DNA of 64,000 nt from Eubacteriales bacterium (GTDB taxonomy: Bacteria > Bacillota > Clostridia > Oscillospirales > CAG-272): contig JBGVRH010000059.1 in NCBI GenBank assembly GCA_045128275.1, positions 13,226 to 77,225 of the forward strand, in the 5' to 3' direction. The notes below the pieces were generated by a model. It saw nothing but the letters and a program-made list of their open reading frames with translations, had not been told where the DNA came from and searched no databases. Positions 42,854 to 53,064 of this stretch are shown piece by piece. Numbering within the stretch: position 1 is the first letter of the stretch; each line of letters begins with the position of its first letter. Position numbers and translations under genes: made by a program.

Positions 42854-44227
42854 TCAGGAGGGGATCTGACTCTCGTCCGCCAGGGTGCGGAACTTGGTGT
42901 AGCGGCCTACCCAGCCCATCTTGACGGTGCCGGTGGAGCCGTGACGGTTCTTGGCGATGATGACCTCGGCGATGGAGGCGGCGGCATCCGAGTTGGGGTC
43001 GGAGGACTCGTTGGTCTTGTAGTACTCGTCGCGGTAGAGGAAGAGAACCACGTCGGCGTCCTGCTCGATGGATCCCGATTCACGGAGGTCGGACATCATA
43101 GGCCGCTTGTCGTTACGGGACTCGGGGCCTCGGGACAGCTGGGAGCAGCAGATGACGGGGACGTTCAGCTCCTTGGCCATGAGCTTCATGGCACGGGAGA
43201 TCTCGGCCACCTCCTGGACACGGTTATCGTTGCGGCTGTCGCCCTGCATGAGCTGGAGGTAGTCGATGACCACCAGGCCAAGGTTCTTGACGCGGCGGAG
43301 CTTGGCCTTCATGCCCGTGGCGGTGATGCCAGCGGTATCGTCAATGAGAATATCGCACTTGGCCAGTCGGGAGGTGGCGATGGCGATGTTCTCCCAGTCC
43401 TCGTCCTTCAGCTCGCCGGTACGCATGGCGTAGCTATCCACCATGGCCTCGGAGGAGATGATACGGTTGACCAGCTGCTCGGCGGACATCTCGAGAGAGA
43501 ACATGCACACCGTCTTGCCGGTGAGGGCAGCCACGTTGGTACCGATGTTCAGACAGAAGGAGGTCTTTCCCATACCGGGACGGGCACCCACCAGAATGAG
43601 GTCGGACTTACCCATACCCGCCAGCACTCGATCCAGCCCCGAAAAGCCGGTGGAGGTACCCTGGGAGGCTTCCTTATCGGTGTTCAGCTCGTGGAGGTGG
43701 GCGTAGACGTCCCCGATGACCTCGCGGATGTGGCGGAAGTTCTTGGTGTCCTTGCCCTGGGCGATGGCGAAGATCTTGTTCTCGGCGGAGTCCAGCACGT
43801 GAGCCACGTCGTCCTGCTCGGAGTAGGCCACGTCGGTGACCTCCTCGCAAGCCCCGATGAGCTGACGGAGGACGCTCTTGTCCTTGACGATGCGGGCATA
43901 GTCCTTGACGTTGAGGGCATTGGGAACCACCTCGGCGATGGTGCGGATGTACTGCTCACCGCCCGACTTGGTATAGATGCCCTTCTGCACCAGCATATCG
44001 ATGAGGGTGACCACGTCGATATCGCGGCTGGTGAGGAACAGCTCGTGCATGGCGGCATAGATCTGCTGATGCTCCTCCATGTAGAAGTCGGTCACCGCCA
44101 CCAGATCCGCCACCTCGTTGAAGGACTCGGGATCCACCAGCACAGCACCCAGCAGGGACTGCTCGGCGATGAGGGAGAAGGGTAGCTTGCGTACCAGAGA
44201 ATCGGATGCGTTTGCGTTATCGTTCAT
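42854..44227 (-). CDS. dnaB: replicative DNA helicase (DnaB family)
   Basis: LPFSLIAEQSLLGAVL..., Walker A GARPGMGKTSF, ...SQLSR...; 457 aa. Confidence 0.95.
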   Translation of the reverse strand: MNDNANASDSLVRKLPFSLIAEQSLLGAVLVDPESFNEVADLVAVTDFYMEEHQQIYAAMHELFLTSRDIDVVTLIDMLVQKGIYTKSGGEQYIRTIAEVVPNALNVKDYARIVKDKSVLRQLIGACEEVTDVAYSEQDDVAHVLDSAENKIFAIAQGKDTKNFRHIREVIGDVYAHLHELNTDKEASQGTSTGFSGLDRVLAGMGKSDLILVGARPGMGKTSFCLNIGTNVAALTGKTVCMFSLEMSAEQLVNRIISSEAMVDSYAMRTGELKDEDWENIAIATSRLAKCDILIDDTAGITATGMKAKLRRVKNLGLVVIDYLQLMQGDSRNDNRVQEVAEISRAMKLMAKELNVPVICCSQLSRGPESRNDKRPMMSDLRESGSIEQDADVVLFLYRDEYYKTNESSDPNSDAAASIAEVIIAKNRHGSTGTVKMGWVGRYTKFRTLADESQIPS

Positions 44228-44339
44228 AATTTTCCGTATCCTTTGCTTGGGAAGGGGGGATTCCCCTGCTTTTTGCGGGATCCTCCAATCAAGGATCCTA
44301 TGTAGCGGCGGCGATCAGCCGCCACGGGTCCGGGACGTC

Positions 44340-44783
44340 TCAGTTACAGACCAGCACGTGAACCTTGCCGACAATGTCGGTGTAGAGCTTGACGTCCAGG
44401 TCATACTTGCCGTAGGCGCGGATGGGATCCGAGAGCTGGATCTTGCGCTTGTCAACGGTGATGCCGTACTCCTTCTGGAGCTGCTCGGCGATATCCTTGG
44501 CGGTGATGGAGCCGTAGAGACGGCCGTCAGCCCCCGAGGAGGCGGGGATCTTCACCAGGATGGTGTCCAGCTTGGCGGCCAGAGCCTTGGCCTCGGCGGT
44601 CTCCACCTCGATCTTATGCTTGATGGAGGCCTCGCGGCCCTTGATCTCGTTCATGACCTTGGCGTCAGCCTCAACGGCCAGCTTGCGGGGGAGGAGGAAA
44701 TTGCGGGCGTATCCGTCGGATACGTTGATGACATCGTTCTTCTTTCCTTGACCCTTAACGTCAGCGAGCAATACTACTTTCAT
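44340..44783 (-). CDS. rplI: 50S ribosomal protein L9
   Basis: [32 protein letters not shown]... Confidence 0.95.
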   Translation of the reverse strand: MKVVLLADVKGQGKKNDVINVSDGYARNFLLPRKLAVEADAKVMNEIKGREASIKHKIEVETAEAKALAAKLDTILVKIPASSGADGRLYGSITAKDIAEQLQKEYGITVDKRKIQLSDPIRAYGKYDLDVKLYTDIVGKVHVLVCN

Positions 44784-44834
44784 GATGGGATTTCCTTTCT
44801 GTGTATGGGAGATGATTTTTTTGTTGGGTTGGAT

Positions 44835-47033
44835 TTATGCGGTGGCGCCGTCCTCGCGGGAGGAGCGGTCGTCTGCTTTGAACTGATCGGGGAACTGGAG
44901 CTTGTATTCGGCGATGGCGGCTATCAGAAGCTCGTAGGCCTCGGCAATACCGCCACTGACCTGGGCTCCAGCCATGTCGAAGTGTCCGCCGCCCTCCAGC
45001 TTTTCCATGATGAGCTGGACGTTGATCTTTCCCTTGGAGCGGGCGGAGATGGCGATGCCGCCGCTGACGGGAGCGAAGGCGAAGGAGGCCTCCACGCCCC
45101 GCAGGCTGAGGAGCTTATCCGCGGCCTTGGAGGCGGCGATGCGGTCGTTGGGGGTGGGGATGTGATCCTCGCTCAGCCAGGTGATGGCGAAGACCTCGGC
45201 GTGGACGTGGGTGTGGGCGTCGAAATCGCCCGCCACCAGCAGCTCGTCGATGCGCTCGTTGAAGAACTCCCGGGCGACACCCGTATGGGCGTTGCGGCTG
45301 TACAGGTAGTAGGTCACGTCGAAGGTCTGGGCGCCTGCCGAGCGGGTGAAGTTGTGGGTGTCCAGCATGATGCCCGAGAGGAGCAGGTTGGCCTCCTCCT
45401 TGTGGAGGGTCTCGGCGTATTCGCTCTGCTGGAGGATCTCGGCGATGATCTCGCTGGCCGAGGACTTGGTGGCCTCGATATAGTGGAGGAAGGGAGTGAA
45501 GGGAAGCTCATCCACCAGGCGGTGGTGGTCAATGACCGCGATGCCCGATACACCGTCCGCGGCGGGGATACAGCTCACCAGCTGGGGAGCCTCGAAGATG
45601 GCGGGGTTGTTGACGTCGGTGATGATCAGCACCGTGTGGGTGGTGACCGATTGCTGGGCGGCGGCCTTGTCGATGAAGACACTCTCGTACTCGGGCAGGG
45701 TGGCCAGATGAGCCCGACAGATGGCGAAGGTATCGCAGGTCTTGTTGGTGACGATGTGAACGGGCACCCGCTCCTTGCCCTTGGCCGCCAGGATACTGCG
45801 GCACAGGCGGTAGGCGCCTACGGCCGAGCCGATGGCGTCGAAATCGGGATTGGCGTGACTCATGATGAGGACGCGGTCGCAGTCGGACAGACGCCGCTCC
45901 AGGAGATGGGCGCTGACACGGGAGGAAATGGAGGTGTTGGACTCCAGGGTCTTGTGGGTGCCGCCAAAGTAGGACAGGCCGCCCACACCGCTGCGCTGGA
46001 GGGCTACCTGGTTTCCGCCTCTTTGCAGAGCCATATCCAGAGCCGCCGAGGCCGCCTTTTCCTTTTCCTGCATACTGCCGTCGATATCCGCGATGCCCAT
46101 GGACACCGACAGAGGGAAGGAGTTGTCACCCACGCGGATGTTCATGATATCGTCCAGGATGGAGAAGCCGTCGCGGACGCAGTCGCCCAGCCTTTCAGCC
46201 GAGAAGAGGGCCAGGTACTTGTCGCGGTCATACTCGCGGAGCATACCCCCCATGCCCTCCACCCAGGCGGTGAGGGTCTCCTCGATGAGGTTGGCGGTGG
46301 CGCGGTAGTTGGCACGGACGAACTGGGTCAGCTCCTGGAGGTTATCCAGCATGATGTAGGCCAGCACGACCCGCTCTCGGGCGGTCTCCTCGGCCAGCTC
46401 CAGGTAGTCGTTGACGTCACGGAACAGAAGGAAGAAGTAATGATCCCGCTCGCGGGGCATGAGGTAGCAGTCCAGGCTGTAGCGGCGGCCGTCGGTGAGG
46501 CGGGCTACGGTGTCCTCCCCGTCGCTCTCGTCGGTGGGGGCAGGGGACAGCACCGAGGGCGCGTCCTCCCCCGCGGATTCGGGGGAACGGGCGGCGGCGG
46601 TGACCTTTTCAAAGGAGATGCCGGGGCAAAGCTCCTCCAGGGGGATGTTGCAAACAGGAGAGCGGAAGCCCAGGATCCGTTGCAGGGCGGTGTTGATGAC
46701 CCGCACCATGCCGTCGCCGTTGACTACGGCGTAGGGAATGTCCACCTCGGCGCGGAACATACGGTAGACGTCCCCGCTGAGCTGCTCGGCGGCCTCCTCG
46801 GCTCGCTTCATTTCGGCGTACCGCAGGACGTAGGAGAGCAGGATGGCACCCGCCGTTACCAGGTAGAACACCAGCACGGCCAGGGCGATGAGGGGAAGAC
46901 GGGGAAGCTTCAGGTAGGCCATGAGGGAGACCAGGCCCAGAAGCAGCAGACCCTCGGCCACGGTGATGGCGAAGGGGAGACGGAGATCCACCCACATGGA
47001 GCCGCGGGCGGAGGAATTCTTCTTGGGAGACAT
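44835..47033 (-). CDS. gdpP: GdpP/YybT-like DHH-DHHA1 phosphoesterase (c-di-AMP phosphodiesterase family)
   Basis: Two N-terminal TM helices, PAS-like and degenerate GGDEF-like middle region, DHH (...IDHHR...) and DHHA1 (GGGH) C-terminus. Conserved yybS-gdpP-rplI-dnaB order. Confidence 0.85.
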   Translation of the reverse strand: MSPKKNSSARGSMWVDLRLPFAITVAEGLLLLGLVSLMAYLKLPRLPLIALAVLVFYLVTAGAILLSYVLRYAEMKRAEEAAEQLSGDVYRMFRAEVDIPYAVVNGDGMVRVINTALQRILGFRSPVCNIPLEELCPGISFEKVTAAARSPESAGEDAPSVLSPAPTDESDGEDTVARLTDGRRYSLDCYLMPRERDHYFFLLFRDVNDYLELAEETARERVVLAYIMLDNLQELTQFVRANYRATANLIEETLTAWVEGMGGMLREYDRDKYLALFSAERLGDCVRDGFSILDDIMNIRVGDNSFPLSVSMGIADIDGSMQEKEKAASAALDMALQRGGNQVALQRSGVGGLSYFGGTHKTLESNTSISSRVSAHLLERRLSDCDRVLIMSHANPDFDAIGSAVGAYRLCRSILAAKGKERVPVHIVTNKTCDTFAICRAHLATLPEYESVFIDKAAAQQSVTTHTVLIITDVNNPAIFEAPQLVSCIPAADGVSGIAVIDHHRLVDELPFTPFLHYIEATKSSASEIIAEILQQSEYAETLHKEEANLLLSGIMLDTHNFTRSAGAQTFDVTYYLYSRNAHTGVAREFFNERIDELLVAGDFDAHTHVHAEVFAITWLSEDHIPTPNDRIAASKAADKLLSLRGVEASFAFAPVSGGIAISARSKGKINVQLIMEKLEGGGHFDMAGAQVSGGIAEAYELLIAAIAEYKLQFPDQFKADDRSSREDGATA

Positions 47034-47066
47034 GGATTCAGCTCCTTTCGAAATGGTGTTGGGGGA

Positions 47067-48332
47067 TCAGCTCCCTCCAAAGGGGTCGTCGTCATCCTCG
47101 TTGAATTTCAGCTTGGAGGTGACGGCCTCGAAGATATGGCCGATGACCTCTACGGCGGCCAGGACGAAGGGGGCGATGAAAATGAGACAGAAGGCCAGGA
47201 TGATGACGTAGAACAGGCAGCCCATGGCGCGGGGGCCCTTCTTGGACAGACCTCGGGTGACCCGAAGCAGTCCCGCCAGAGCCAGCCCGGGGAGCAGGAT
47301 CAGGTAGATGTTCTCAAAGACCACGCCCGAGAGGGTAGAGGTGGTTCCCAGATCCAGCATGACCGCCAGGTAGGCGATGAGGAAGACCACGCAGGAGATG
47401 AGGCTCATTTCAAAGGCCTTGACCCGATCGGTGACGCACTCCTCGAACTCAAAGGCCCGCAGAGCGGCGTGCTGGATGGACTGGCAGGCGGTGGAGAAGA
47501 TGAGAACCGTCACCACGCAGGCGCCGGGGAGGAGGTTGAAGGCGTTGTTGACCTTGTTCTCCACGCTCTCATAGGCGGTCATCTTCTCCCACAGCTCGAT
47601 CATCTCGGGAGTGAGATCCTCGGGCATGGGCTGGGTGTGGATGGACAGGATCAGCTCCTGACGGAAGCCCTCCAGAGCCTCGGCCAGCACGGTGGGCTCC
47701 AGAGTCCCCAAGGCGCGGAGCAGGGAGATCACGAGGGGCACGGCCAGGGACAAGCCCAGGGCCAGAGCTGTTGCGCAGATCACACCGGTACGGGTGGGGC
47801 CGTCCTCCTTTTCGGCGGCGCGGCGGGTACCCGAGGCCAGGGCCCAGGCGGCGGGCCAGGGAACCAGCACCGCCAACGCCCCGATGGGATCGCGGGACAG
47901 AAGGGACGTGACACCGTAGGCCAGCAGAGGGATCAGGGGGATCCAGGGAATATGGGCTTTCTTTTGGGTGGCGATCAGCACCGAGCCTTCGCCCACCACG
48001 AAGACCAGTCCGCAGAGAAGCCCCGCGGGGAAAATGCTTCTTGTGTAGAAGGTCAGGAACGCTCCCACCGTGATGAGCAGGAGAAGGGTTCCCTTGGCCG
48101 TGCGGGTCGCCCGCCACAGGTGGAAGACCAACAGCAGAATGGCAACGGCGGCGAAGATCTCGGGGACGCCGGGGGCTTCCTCGGGGGCGGGAACAAAGCA
48201 GGTCGCGCTGACCCCCAGGAGGGCCGAGGCGAGGAGCAGGAACAGGTGGAGTATGATACCCGCGGCACCCTGTATCCCGCGGCGGGGAATGGGGCAGAGG
48301 GGCGCGGGGGCGGCTTTCGGAGTGGGATTCAA
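47067..48332 (-). CDS. YybS-like (DUF2232) polytopic membrane protein; start uncertain
   Basis: Membrane protein directly upstream of gdpP, as in Bacillus. There is no in-frame ATG near the 5' end, so I chose TTG at 48332, 9 nt after AAAGGA. Confidence 0.6.
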   Translation of the reverse strand: MNPTPKAAPAPLCPIPRRGIQGAAGIILHLFLLLASALLGVSATCFVPAPEEAPGVPEIFAAVAILLLVFHLWRATRTAKGTLLLLITVGAFLTFYTRSIFPAGLLCGLVFVVGEGSVLIATQKKAHIPWIPLIPLLAYGVTSLLSRDPIGALAVLVPWPAAWALASGTRRAAEKEDGPTRTGVICATALALGLSLAVPLVISLLRALGTLEPTVLAEALEGFRQELILSIHTQPMPEDLTPEMIELWEKMTAYESVENKVNNAFNLLPGACVVTVLIFSTACQSIQHAALRAFEFEECVTDRVKAFEMSLISCVVFLIAYLAVMLDLGTTSTLSGVVFENIYLILLPGLALAGLLRVTRGLSKKGPRAMGCLFYVIILAFCLIFIAPFVLAAVEVIGHIFEAVTSKLKFNEDDDDPFGGS

Positions 48333-48398
48333 GGCCGGGCATCCTTTCTTCGGTCTACCGATGGGAAACAGTATCCGAGCATACTTATAGATTATAAT

Positions 48399-48427
48399 AG
48401 TATACCATAATTTTTCGGATTTGTAAA
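48399..48427 (-). promoter_or_regulatory. candidate sigma-A promoter of the yybS-gdpP-rplI-dnaB block
   Basis: Minus strand TTTACA, 17 nt spacer, TATACT. Confidence 0.4.
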
Positions 48428-48641
48428 CATGCTTTCGAGGAATTTTTGGAAATTTCCCTGCGAGAATTGTGAATTTTCTTTCTTTATGGTATAGAACACA
48501 TCCCCACACGGGGGAAAATCCTCCCCGAAGCCCTTTGGAAGGACGCCCGAGCCGTCCTGCTTCATCCTCACCGATCCAAGGGGGCTTTTTGTCTATTTTT
48601 ATCAAATTCAAAAAATATCCAAAATATTTTGCGAAAACCCC

Positions 48642-48670
48642 TTGACAATACTTGCTTTCTGTGATAAAAT
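48642..48670 (+). promoter_or_regulatory. sigma-A promoter of rpoB-rpoC
   Basis: TTGACA, 17 nt spacer, TAAAAT. It leaves a leader of about 318 nt. Confidence 0.6.
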
Positions 48671-48988
48671 AGTAAACTGCATTATAATCGCTTTCACTAT
48701 GGGCATCTCTGCCCTTCGGCAGGGTATCCGGTCAAAGAAAGGCGATTTTACGAGGCTTTCCTTGTGCAATTCAACGAAACCGCGGAGCGAGCGTTCCATA
48801 CGACTTCGACCGAGACATTTGCCGTGTCCTTGGGCTGTCCGTTTGGCTCATGAGGTCCCTGACGTGCGCGTGACGCGATTTCCGGGAATGTACAGCGAGA
48901 TCCTCCCATATATCCCCCGCCGCCGTCCGGGAATTCGCCCGCTCGGTGCCACCTTCGATCAATGATTTGAAATGGAGTGATTAACCGA

Positions 48989-51900
48989 ATGATCAACCTG
49001 AAAGATCAGAGACTCGGCGAGAATGTCCGTAAGTCCTTCTCCCGCACCCGCTTCAATCTGGAGCTGCCCGACCTGGTAGAGATCCAGACCAAGTCCTACA
49101 AGTGGTTCCTCGAGGAAGGCCTGACCGAGGTCTTGCACGAGGTCTCCCCCATTACCGATTTCTCCGGTAATCTCCTCATTGAGTTCATTTCCTACAGCCT
49201 GGACACCTCCAACCCCAACTATTCCGTGGAGGAGTGCAAGGAGCGCGACGTCAACTACGCCGCCCCCCTGAAGGTCAACGTCCGTCTGACCAACAAGCAG
49301 ACGGGCGAGGTCAAGCAGACCGACATCTTCATGGGCGAGTTCCCCCTCATGACCGAGAACGGTACCTTCGTCATCAACGGTGCCGAGCGCGTCATCGTTT
49401 CCCAGATCATCCGTTCTCCCGGTATGTACTACGCCTCCGAGATCGACAAGACCCGTAAGCGTACCTACGCCGCCCAGATCATCCCCTAGCGCGGCGCATG
49501 GCTGGAGTATGAGACCGATATCAACGGCGTCATCTACGTCCGCATCGATAAGACCCGTAAGGTTCCCATGACCATGTTCATCCGCGCCCTGGGCCCCGAG
49601 ACCCGCGACGAGATCTACGCCCTGCTGGGTGAGGACGAGCGTCTGAAGGTCACCTTCGACAAGGACGAGTGCGAGAACCTGGCCGCCGCCAACCACACCT
49701 CCGCCCACGTGGAGGCTCTGAAGGAGATCTACAAGAAGCTCCGTCCCGGTGAGCCCGCCATCGTGGAGTCCGCCGAGACCCTCATCAACAACTACTTCTT
49801 CGATCCCAAGCGTTACGACATCGCCCCCGTCGGCCGCTACAAGTTCGACAAGAAGGTCGCCATCTCCTCCCGTATCTCCGGCCGCAAGCTGGCCGAGGCA
49901 GCCGTGTCTCCCTTCACCGGTGAGGTGATCTACGAGGCCGGCACCGTTCTGACCCACGATATGGCCCTCCAGGTGGAGCGCGCCGGTGTCAACGAGGTCG
50001 TGCTGGAGCTGGACAACGGCGAGACCATGAAGGTCCTGTCCAACAACACCCTGGAGCCCGAGTACATCATCGGTATGGATCTGGCTGACTGCGGCATCAA
50101 GGAGAGAGTCCGCATCGCTGTCCTCAACCAGATCATGCAGGATGCCGAGGGCGATCTGGACGTGATGAAGCAGCTTGTCAAGGAGAGAGCCGCCGAGCTT
50201 TGCCCCAAGCACATCACCAAGGACGATATCTTCGCTTCCATTAACTATATGCTGAACCTGACCCACGGCGTGGGCGAGGTGGACGACATCGACCACCTGG
50301 GTAACCGCCGTATCCGTTCCGTGGGCGAGCAGCTCCAGAACCAGATCCGTATCGGCTTCGTCCGTATGGAGAAGATCATCAAGGAGCGCATGACCACCCA
50401 GGATAACGATAAGCTGACCCCCCAGGCGCTCATCAACATCCGCCCCGTGGCCACCGTCATCCGTGAGTTCTTCGGTTCCTCTCAGCTGTCCCAGTTCGCT
50501 GACCAGAACAACCCCCTGGCCGAGCTGACCCACCGCCGCCGTCTGTCGGCTCTGGGCCCCGGCGGTCTCTCCCGTGACCGCGCCTCCTTCGACGTCCGTG
50601 ACGTGCACTACACCCACTACGGCCGTATGTGCCCCATCGAGACCCCCGAAGGTCCCAACATCGGTCTGATCTCCTACCTGACCACCTACGCTCGCATCAG
50701 CGAGTACGGCTTCATCGAGGCCCCCTACCGTAAGGTGGTTCACGAGACCGACGAGAACGGCAACCCCGTCCACCGCGTCACCGACGAGGTGGTGTATATG
50801 ACCGCTGACATGGAGGATCGCTTCATCGTCGCCCAGGCAAACGAGCCTCTGGACGAGAACGGCTGCTTCGTGAACAAGAAGGTCACTGCCCGCGAGACCA
50901 CCGAGATCGCCTCCATCGACGCCGCCAAGATCGACTACATGGACGTGTCTCCTAAGATGGTGGTGTCCGTGGCAACCGCTATGATCCCCTTCCTGGAGAA
51001 CGACGATAACTCCCGTGCACTGATGGGTGCGAACATGCAGAAGCAGGCAGTGCCTCTGATGGTCACCGACTCTCCCATCGTCGGTACCGGTATGGAGTAC
51101 AAGGCCGCCGTGGATTCCGGCGTGGTCATCGTCGCCCGCAACGCAGGCCGCGTGGAGCGCGTGGAGGCCGACAAGATCGTCATCGTCACCGACGAGGGCG
51201 TCAAGGACACCTACCAGCTTCGCAAGTTCAAGAGAACCAACCAGGGCACCTGCTTCAACCAGAGACCCATCGTCAAGTTCGGTCAGTTGGTGGAGAAGGG
51301 CCAGGTCATCGCGGACGGCCCCGCTACCTCCAAGGGTGAGGTCGCTCTGGGTAAGAACGCCCTCATCGGCTTCATGACCTGGGAAGGCTACAACTACGAG
51401 GACGCAGTCCTGCTCAACGAGAGACTGGTCCGCGACGACGTGTACACCTCCCTCCATATCGAGGAGTACACCCACGAGGCCCGCGACACCAAGCTGGGCC
51501 CGGAGGAGATCACCCGTGAGATCCCCAACGTCGGCGAGGACGTGCTGAAGGATCTGAACGCCGAGGGTATCGTCAAGAAGGGTACCGAGGTTCGCGCCGG
51601 TGACATCCTGGTGGGTAAGATCACCCCCAAGGGCGAGACCGAGCTGACCGCTGAGGAGAGACTCCTTCGCGCCATCTTCGGGGAAAAGGCCCGCGAGGTT
51701 CGTGATACCTCCCTCCGCCTGCCCCACGGTGAGTCGGGCGTGGTGGTGGACATCCGCGTCTTCTCCCGCGAGGCCGGCGACGATCTGCCCGCCTCTGTCA
51801 ACCGTGTGGTCAAGGTCTACATCGCCCAGAAGAGAAAGATCTCCGTGGGTGATAAGATGGCAGGCCGCCACGGTAACAAGGGTGTCGTTTCCCGCATCCT

Positions 51901-52957
51901 GCCTCCCGAGGATATGCCCTTCCTGCCCGACGGCACTCCCCTGGATATCGTTCTGAACCCCCTGGGCGTGCCTTCCCGTATGAACATCGGTCAGGTGCTG
52001 GAGGTTCACCTGGGTATCGCCTCCCGCCGCCTCGGCTGGAAGATCATGACCCCCGTGTTCGACGGTGCCAACGAGCGAGACATCTCCGAGTGCCTCCAGA
52101 TGGCTGACTACAGCCGTCCCCTGTTCGCCGGTGAGAACCCCGAGGGTAAGGATCTGTTTGAGCTGACCTACGACGAGGAAGGCAACAAGCAGTATCGCAA
52201 GCTCACCCCCGACGAGAAGGGCAACACCGCCTACGTGGAGTCCCTCCGCGTGGCCGACGGCCTGCGCCTCTTCGACGGTAAGACCGTGCTGTACGACGGC
52301 CGTACCGGTGAGCCCTTCGATAACCCTGTTACCGTGGGTATCATGTACTACCTCAAGCTGCACCACCTGGTTGACGATAAGATCCACGCCCGCTCCAACG
52401 GTCCCTACTCGCTGGTCACCCAGCAGCCTCTCGGCGGTAAGGCCCAGTTCGGCGGACAGAGATTCGGTGAGATGGAGGTCTGGGCCCTGGAGGCCTACGG
52501 CGCCGCCTACACCCTGCAGGAGATCCTCACCGTCAAGTCCGACGATATCACCGGCCGCCGCAAGGCTTATGAGGCCATCATCAAGGGTCAGAACATTCCT
52601 ACCCCCGGTGTGCCTGAGTCCTTCAAGGTGCTGGTCAAGGAGCTCCAGGCTCTGGCCCTGGATATCCGCGTCCTGAACAGCAAGGGCGAGGAGATCGACC
52701 TGGCTACCCTGGGCGCAGACGACGACGGTCCTACCTACCGCCGCCACAATCCCCGTCTGGATCGCCACATCATGGATGAGGACGATACCGACGCCGCCGT
52801 GGGCCAGACCGTGGCCACCGACGCTCTCTCCGAGGGCTACCTCGTGGAGAAGAGCGAGCTGGACGGCTACGAGATGAGTGGCCGCGAGGATGACTTCTAT
52901 GAGGAGGAGATCGAGTTTGAGGCCGAGTCCTACGAGGACGAGTCCTACGACGAGTGA
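48989..52957 (+). CDS. rpoB: DNA-directed RNA polymerase beta subunit, interrupted by a single in-frame TAG at 49487..49489
   Basis: ORFs 48977..49489 and 49568..52957 share one frame. Reading through gives an uninterrupted RpoB sequence (...[16 protein letters not shown]...RIDKTRKVP...FIRALG...), and all downstream conserved blocks are present. Confidence 0.9.
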
Positions 52958-53064
52958 TCCCCGACAGTCTCCCGCAACCGTGAGCTTTTCAATCCCGTCG
53001 GGGCAGGAAATACGCCCTGACCCCGACGGCAGACCACAATATATATAATGAATGGAGAAGAACT

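Noticed and set aside
48333-48988. The divergent spacer between the minus-strand replication block and plus-strand rpoB as a candidate oriC.
   Set aside because: The strand switch is suggestive, but I found no TCCACA/TGTGGA-type DnaA boxes and no pronounced AT-rich unwinding stretch. Ordinary divergent promoters explain the region.
49487-49568. Interpreting the rpoB interruption as a natural split into two beta-subunit genes.
   Set aside because: Both parts are in the same frame and there is no RBS or start directly after the TAG. Restarting at ATG 49568 would remove a conserved 26-residue block. A single-codon event is the simpler explanation.
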